Shown here: positions 17,024-21,726 of the stretch, piece after piece | Position numbering within the stretch: position 1 is the stretch's first letter | How the letters are laid out: every line of letters starts with the position of its first letter | Origin: a bacterium | Lineage (GTDB): Bacteria; SZUA-182; SZUA-191; JAJRXT01 | Direction of reading: 5' to 3' | NCBI GenBank assembly: GCA_024276125.1 | Contig: JAJRXT010000086.1 | Coordinates: 1 to 21,726 of the forward strand | Length of the DNA stretch: 21,726 bases | Notes under the pieces: generated by a model | What the model was told of the DNA's origin: nothing | Database searches by the model: none | Seen by the model: only the letters and a program-made list of their open reading frames with translations | Position numbers and translations under genes: made by a program

Positions 17024-17989
17024 ATGAAAGCCTTAGTGTTTCAAAATAATAATTTAGAATTGGCGCAAGAGCATCCCATACCTGATGTCGGTTGTAATGA
17101 TGCCTTAATTAAGGTAATCGCCGCCGGTATTTGTAATACGGATTTGGAAATTATTAAAGGATATATGAATTTTTCCGGTATAATAGGGCATGAATTTGTG
17201 GGACGCGTAATTAAAAGCCGGGATACCCGCCTGTGCGGTAAGCGCGTAGTGGGGCAGATAAATTGCGGCTGCGGTAAGTGCCCTTTATGTATAAAAGGAT
17301 TGGACAAACATTGCCCTAACCGCACGGTACTTGGCATATTGGGTCGTAACGGAGCTATGGCGGAATATGTCTGCCTGCCTAATAAAAATCTTCGACTATT
17401 GCCGGATAATGTCTCCGATTTACAGGCTGTATTTGTGGAACCATTGGCGGCAGCTTATGAAATTTTAGAGCAGGCGGCTATTAAACCCGACCAAAGCGTG
17501 TTATTATTGGGTGATGGAAAATTGGGTCAGTTAATTGCGCAAGTAATCCGGCTTGCCGGTTGTAAATTAACCGCAGCCGGAAAGCATCCTGAAAAATTAG
17601 CGCTTTTAGATGCCTGCGGAATAAAGACTGTAATATTAGAGCAATTGGATGTGGATAATCGGCTTTATGATATAGTAATTGATGCCAGCGGCTCTGCTTC
17701 CGGTTTAAAGCTTGCGCTTAAACATGTAAGCCCTTGCGGTAAAATAATACTTAAGACGACCACTGCCAATAAAAATGAGATAGATATCTTAAATAAAATA
17801 GTAATAGATGAGGTAACCCTTATAGGTTCGCGCTGCGGGCCTTATCCGCCGGCTATTAAGGCATTAGCTGCTAATTTGATTAATGTCTCCCCATTGGTTA
17901 CCAGCCAATACAGTTTGTCGCAATGATTAGAAGCCTTAAAACAAGCGGCTTCTTATCAGACTTTAAAAGTCATTATCTGGATGCAATAA
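17024..17989 (+). pseudogene. Zn-dependent medium-chain alcohol dehydrogenase family (threonine/sorbitol-DH-like) with in-frame TGA 20 codons before the natural end
   Basis: GHEFVGRV (catalytic Zn His) and structural-Zn motif CGCGKCPLCIKGLDKHC. The ORF stops at TGA 17924-17926. The same frame continues as LEALKQAASYQTLKVIIWMQ to TAA 17987-17989. This aligns position-for-position with the Tdh C-terminus [28 protein letters not shown], with the TGA at the Phe position. Confidence 0.55.
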
Positions 17990-18507
17990 TGGAATCCATT
18001 AATTTACCCAATAAATTATCATTATTTAGAATATTTTTAGTGCCGCTTTTGGTAGTGGTTATTATAACTAGATACAGCAATTTACTGGCTACAATAATCT
18101 TTTTGGCGGCTATGGCGACTGATCTGCTGGATGGTTATATTGCCCGTGCTACCAATCAGATAACCACTTTGGGCGAGCTCTTGGACCCGATTGCCGATAA
18201 ACTGCTGATTTGCGCTGCATTTATTTCGCTGGTGGAAATGAACAGAGTACCTGCCTGGATGGTGGTAGTTATTGTTGGCCGCGAACTGGCGGTTACCGGC
18301 CTGCGGGCTATAGCCGCTTCGCAATCAGAGGTCATTCCGGCTGATCCTTTAGGGAAGTATAAAACTGTATTCCAAGCTGCCGCTGTAGTTTTAATTATGA
18401 TGAATATAGCCTTCTGGGATAGACTGCTGCTTTGGCTGGCGCTGCTTATTACTTTGGCGTCCGGCGCAAATTATTTTATCAAATTCAGGAAAAATCTCGG
18501 GCTTTAA
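17989..18507 (+). CDS. pgsA: CDP-diacylglycerol--glycerol-3-phosphate 3-phosphatidyltransferase
   Basis: CDP-alcohol phosphotransferase motif DLLDGYIARATNQITTLGELLDPIADK. Preferred start MESINLPNKLSLFRIFLVP at 17989, overlapping the ADH TAA (TAATG). The track's 17923 start would add 22 codons inside the ADH tail. Confidence 0.8.
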   Translation: MESINLPNKLSLFRIFLVPLLVVVIITRYSNLLATIIFLAAMATDLLDGYIARATNQITTLGELLDPIADKLLICAAFISLVEMNRVPAWMVVVIVGRELAVTGLRAIAASQSEVIPADPLGKYKTVFQAAAVVLIMMNIAFWDRLLLWLALLITLASGANYFIKFRKNLGL

Positions 18508-18509
18508 TC

Positions 18510-18700
18510 TGTCATTCCCGAATGTTTTTATCGGGAATCTAATTAACTCAAGTTGTTGCCTATATGTCTATTTTTAGAAATATTTGGTTTTACATACCCG
18601 TCATTCTGAATGAAGCGGCGCGCAGTAAAGAATCTACTCGCTGTTACGGGGGCAGATTCTTCAGTCTTCGGCTTCAGAATGACAAAAATGGATAACTTTC
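18510..18700. repeat. Composite copy of repeat family 1
   Basis: ctgtcattcccgaatgtttttatcgggaatctaa hairpin, then cccgtcattctgaatg...aaagaatct...acgggggcagattcttca...ttcagaatgac. Confidence 0.6.
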
Positions 18701-18781
18701 ACTATTAGGTAGCAACTTGGGTTAATTAATATTTCTTATATCGAAATTACCTTACGCTTAAGGCGCTTTATTATTTAGTTT

Positions 18782-19558
18782 ATGTACATAAAATTTCAAG
18801 GTTTGAAGTTATATTATGAGGTATACGGTCAAGGAGAACCTGTCTGTCTGTTACATGGCTGGGGAGGAAACGTAAACAGCCTGCGCCCTCTATTTAATCA
18901 TCTTATAAACCAACATAGGGTTTATGCAGTGGACTTACCCGGCTTCGGACGAAGCTCTCCGCCGCCTGCTTCCTGGGGAAGTTATGAGTATGCCTATCTT
19001 ATGGCGCAGTTTTTTTCTCAATTGGAGATTAAATCAATTCATTTAATAGCCCATTCCTTCGGGGGGCGGGTGGCTATTATGCTATGTTTTTATTTTCCGC
19101 AGCTTATTAATAAACTGGTGCTGGTGGACAGCGCCGGCATAAAACCGCGGCGCGGCCCTCGATATTATCTAAAGGTCTATACAGCCAAATCGGCCAGACG
19201 ACTGTTTAGCTGACCCTTATTCGGCTCCAAATCAGAAAAAATAATATCTGCCGTTTATAAAAAATTGGGATCGGCAGACTATACGCAGGCAGGCAATGAG
19301 ATGCGGCCTATTTTGGTCAGGGTGGTTAATGAAGACTTAAGTGATCTGTTGCCTAAAATATCGCATCAAAGCCTGCTCGTCTGGGGCGCTAAGGATAAGG
19401 CTACTCCCCTATATCAAGCCCGAAAAATGGATAAATTACTGCCTAACGCCACTCTGGTTGTCCTGGAAGGCGCAGGGCATTACTCTTATCTGGACAAATT
19501 CCCTCAATTTTGCAAACTAGTCTCCAGTTTTTTAAAAGACAAAAATACTGATATATAA
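18782..19558 (+). pseudogene. Alpha/beta-fold hydrolase with in-frame TGA
   Basis: ORFs 18782-19213 and 19265-19558 are in the same frame (483 nt apart). HGWGGN oxyanion region, nucleophile elbow AHSFGG, then Asp (VWGAKDKATP) and His (GAGHYSYL) after the stop. The TGA at 19211-19213 lies in the cap region. Read-through gives ...RRLFS*PLFGSKSEKIISAVYKKLGSADYTQ... Confidence 0.6.
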
Positions 19559-19570
19559 ATAGGATATATT

Positions 19571-21217
19571 GTGGATATTGTTTTACTGCTTGTAATTACC
19601 GCCATCTGCCCTTGGCTTATTATGTTGTTTTACAAAGCCTGTTTTACGCTTCATATACTTCAGCTAGAGAGCTATAAAAATGAACAATATACAAGCTGGA
19701 TACTATCTAACTTAAAAAAACTGGCTATTATAAGTGAACTTAGCATATTATCCCTGCTGGCGGGAATAAGTTTAATCATTTATTTTTATTATTTGAATAT
19801 CAATACATTTTATCTTTTTTTAGTTTTATGGACGGCAGGCATATCTTTTTTAATCTATAACCGTGATAAAAAACCCGTTAAAAAACCGCTGGTATTTACC
19901 GCTAGAGTAATTAGATTAATGATAATCTTCTGGCTGGTTTTGGCCGCAGAATTATCATTTTTCATATGGCTGCATCCTTATGCTTATTCTCAGCAGGTAA
20001 AATTAAAAAATTATCTGTTGCTCTTTTTTACGCTTGTTCCGCTTACCTTAATTACTCCGCTTAATATTTTGCTGGCAAATTATTTGGCTGCCCCTTTGGA
20101 GAAAGCCGTCAAGTTGTTTTATTTTAAATCGGCTCAGCGTAAAATAAGGGATATGCCTGATTTAACCGTAATTGCCGTAACCGGAAGTTATGGCAAAACC
20201 AGTACCAAATATATCACACACAGCCTGCTGTCTCCTTATTATATTACTTTAATGACACCGGAGAGTTATAATACGCCTATGGGGATTTGTAAGGTTATTC
20301 GCGGGCAGCTTAATCGGGAGCATAAATATTTTATTGTGGAAATGGGGGCGCGTCAGGCAGGCGATATTAAAGAACTTTGTGAATTGGTAAATCCAAAGAT
20401 AGGCGTAATCACAGCAATCGGCCCGCAGCATTTGGAGACATTCGGCTCGATAGATAATATTATTAACACAAAGTTTGAGCTTATAGAGCATCTCGATAAA
20501 AACGGCCTAGCTATATTTAACGGCGATGATCCCAATTGCCGTAAAATGGCGCAAAGAACTACAATACCCTATAAATTATATGGTATTAAGGATATAAAAA
20601 CTCTTGATCTTTATGCCTGCGACATAACAACCGGCAGGCAGGTGATAAAATTTAAGACATGCTGTAAGGATGATGGTAAATCGGCTGATTTTTCTGTGCC
20701 GCTATTGGGTCGGCATAATACATATAATGTACTAGCGGCAGCAACGGTAGCTTTGGAATGCGGCCTTCATTTATCTCATATTGTACCGGCCTTAAAACTG
20801 CTTAACCCCATACCGCATAGATTGCAATTGATTCAAGGCGGGGGAGGGATAACTATTATTGATGATGCCTATAATTCCAACCCGAGAGGCGCAGCGGAGG
20901 CGCTTACTGTTTTGCAGGATATGGATGGCGGCAAAAAAATTCTAGTTACTCCCGGTATGGTTGAATTGGGTACAAAAGAATTTGAAGAAAATAAAAAGTT
21001 TGGAATTAAGGCGGCTGAAGTTTGCGATATCGTGATTTTAGTAGGTAAAAAGCGCACCATACCTATTTCCGAAGGCTTAAAAGAGTCTCTTTTTCCTAAA
21101 GAAAATTTATTTGTGACAGCCTCGCTGACTGAGGCTGCCGCTAAGCTAAAACAACTGGCTAAAACGGGCGATATTGTTTTATTTGAAAACGATCTGCCGG
21201 ATAATTATGATGAATAA
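19571..21217 (+). CDS. murF: MurF-type Mur ligase (UDP-MurNAc-tripeptide--D-Ala-D-Ala ligase-like) with N-terminal polytopic membrane domain
   Basis: 548 aa, GTG start with RBS agga. Residues 1-190 are hydrophobic (about 5 TM helices). Then P-loop VIAVTGSYGKTSTK, PLLGRHNTYNVLAAATVAL, IIDDAYNSNP and TPGMVELG, matching the MurF central and C-terminal domains. The canonical MurF N-terminal domain is absent. Confidence 0.65.
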   Translation: MDIVLLLVITAICPWLIMLFYKACFTLHILQLESYKNEQYTSWILSNLKKLAIISELSILSLLAGISLIIYFYYLNINTFYLFLVLWTAGISFLIYNRDKKPVKKPLVFTARVIRLMIIFWLVLAAELSFFIWLHPYAYSQQVKLKNYLLLFFTLVPLTLITPLNILLANYLAAPLEKAVKLFYFKSAQRKIRDMPDLTVIAVTGSYGKTSTKYITHSLLSPYYITLMTPESYNTPMGICKVIRGQLNREHKYFIVEMGARQAGDIKELCELVNPKIGVITAIGPQHLETFGSIDNIINTKFELIEHLDKNGLAIFNGDDPNCRKMAQRTTIPYKLYGIKDIKTLDLYACDITTGRQVIKFKTCCKDDGKSADFSVPLLGRHNTYNVLAAATVALECGLHLSHIVPALKLLNPIPHRLQLIQGGGGITIIDDAYNSNPRGAAEALTVLQDMDGGKKILVTPGMVELGTKEFEENKKFGIKAAEVCDIVILVGKKRTIPISEGLKESLFPKENLFVTASLTEAAAKLKQLAKTGDIVLFENDLPDNYDE

Positions 21218-21231
21218 GGGCGAGGCGCCCC

Positions 21232-21274
21232 GGCCAATTGAAGGGGCTTTGCCCCTACGCTCCCGTTGGCCGCT
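21232..21274 (+). terminator. GC-rich stem-loop after the MurF-like gene (possible terminator)
   Basis: CGGCCAA...GGGGCtttGCCCC...TTGGCCG nested hairpin. Only a weak U-tract (cccccattttatc) follows. Confidence 0.3.
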
Positions 21275-21330
21275 ACCCCCATTTTATCAACAACTTATAA
21301 AATGTCTGTTTTAAAATTTATCTTTACTAT

Positions 21331-21530
21331 CTGTCATTCCCGAATGCCTTTATCGGAAATCTAAATTTTAAATGGCTCTTGAGTTAACTTATGAAAAAGA
21401 TTACATTCTGTCATTCTTAAGCCTTCGACCGAAGAACCTCTCAGCCTACGGGGGTAGATTCTTCACCCCACTTCGTTTCGTTGAAGAATGACAGCTAATA
21501 AAATTAAACAGCTTTGGTTTAGCAAGAGAA
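21331..21530. repeat. Composite copy of repeat family 1
   Basis: ctgtcattcccgaatgcctttatcggaaatctaa, then tctgtcattcttaag...cgaagaacctc...acgggggtagattcttcaccccacttcgtttcgttgaagaatgacagctaataaaattaaac. This shares 'cttcac.ccacttcgtttcgtt' and 'gacagctaa.aaaattaaac' with the 7303-7425 copy. Confidence 0.6.
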
Positions 21531-21579
21531 CTCTAGTAGCCATTAAATTTATTATCTTATGTTACGCAAAAAAAATAAT

Positions 21580-21726
21580 CTCACCGTAGGGTGAATTAAA
21601 GGGCTTTTATATAACTGATCACCAAAAAATGAGCAAATAACACAAAACGCTCAAAAGATTGCCCCGAATCCACCACCTGGCAGCGAGCAATGAAGGTGGG
21701 TCCGCAACAATTAATACAATATACAC
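21580..21726. repeat. Repeat family 2 copy (reverse orientation, truncated by window end)
   Basis: ccgtagggtgaattaaagggc and gaatccaccacctggcagcgagcaatgaaggtgggtccgcaa. These are reverse complements of the motifs at 16717-16775. Confidence 0.45.

Noticed and set aside
17923-17988. ORF-track start of pgsA at 17923 (MIRSLKTSGFLSDFKSHYLDAI...)
   Set aside because: These 22 codons overlap, in another frame, the conserved C-terminal tail of the ADH. PgsA homologs begin at the internal Met (MESINLPNKLSLFRIFLVP), whose ATG overlaps the ADH TAA.
17924-19213. Selenocysteine at the two in-frame TGAs (ADH, hydrolase)
   Set aside because: The aligned ADH position is a hydrophobic (Phe-like) residue, not a Cys/Sec site. 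The hydrolase TGA is in a non-catalytic cap region. No obvious SECIS-like hairpin immediately 3' of either TGA, though this was not exhaustively tested.
1044-19558. Stop-codon reassignment (for example code 4 or 25, TGA=Trp/Gly, or an amber/ochre sense code) as the explanation for the in-frame stops
   Set aside because: Trp is encoded by TGG throughout the intact genes. Intact genes terminate normally at TAA (x14), TAG (x5) and TGA (x3). All three stop codons occur in-frame, so no single reassignment fits.
841-21530. CRISPR array formed by the recurring GTCATTCTGA / GAAGAATCT motifs
   Set aside because: Copies are hundreds to thousands of bp apart and in both orientations, with palindromic internal structure. 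There are no regularly spaced direct repeats with unique spacers.

Overview
This is an AT-rich bacterial chromosomal window. Anabolic and housekeeping genes are mixed with toxin-antitoxin-like pairs and an unusually dense set of structured intergenic repeats. The features below support the following.

**Genes present.** On the minus strand there is an SPFH/band-7 protein, an EF-G-like GTPase paralog, a DUF5615/DUF433 pair, scpB, and a processive GT2 (QxxRW) membrane glycosyltransferase. A short ThyA-family protein, a Uma2 nuclease, a phasin-like coiled-coil protein and a lipoprotein follow. Next is a lysine (DAP) operon, lysA-dapA-[GxxExxY insertion]-dapB. Between lysA and argG lies a small island holding a nucleotidyltransferase-DUF2442 fusion, two DUF4258-based toxin-antitoxin-like pairs and duplicated mini-lipoprotein modules. 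On the plus strand there are a Zn alcohol-dehydrogenase-family gene overlapping pgsA, an alpha/beta hydrolase, and a MurF-type ligase carrying an unusual N-terminal polytopic membrane domain.

**Most striking observation.** Four otherwise well-conserved genes are each broken only by clean in-frame stop codons, five in total, and all three stop codons are used. The reading frame and homology continue straight through every stop. Three of the stops sit exactly at conserved residues. This looks like recent nonsense-mutation pseudogenisation or a consensus/assembly artefact. It does not look like genetic-code reassignment.

**Second notable layer.** Nearly every intergenic region carries members of two or more interspersed palindromic (MITE/REP-like) repeat families. 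Several GC-rich or nested hairpins are also present. The GxxExxY nuclease-family gene, inserted between dapA and dapB, is bounded by inverted and direct copies of a CACAGAG-based motif.

No rRNA, tRNA or CRISPR array was recognised.
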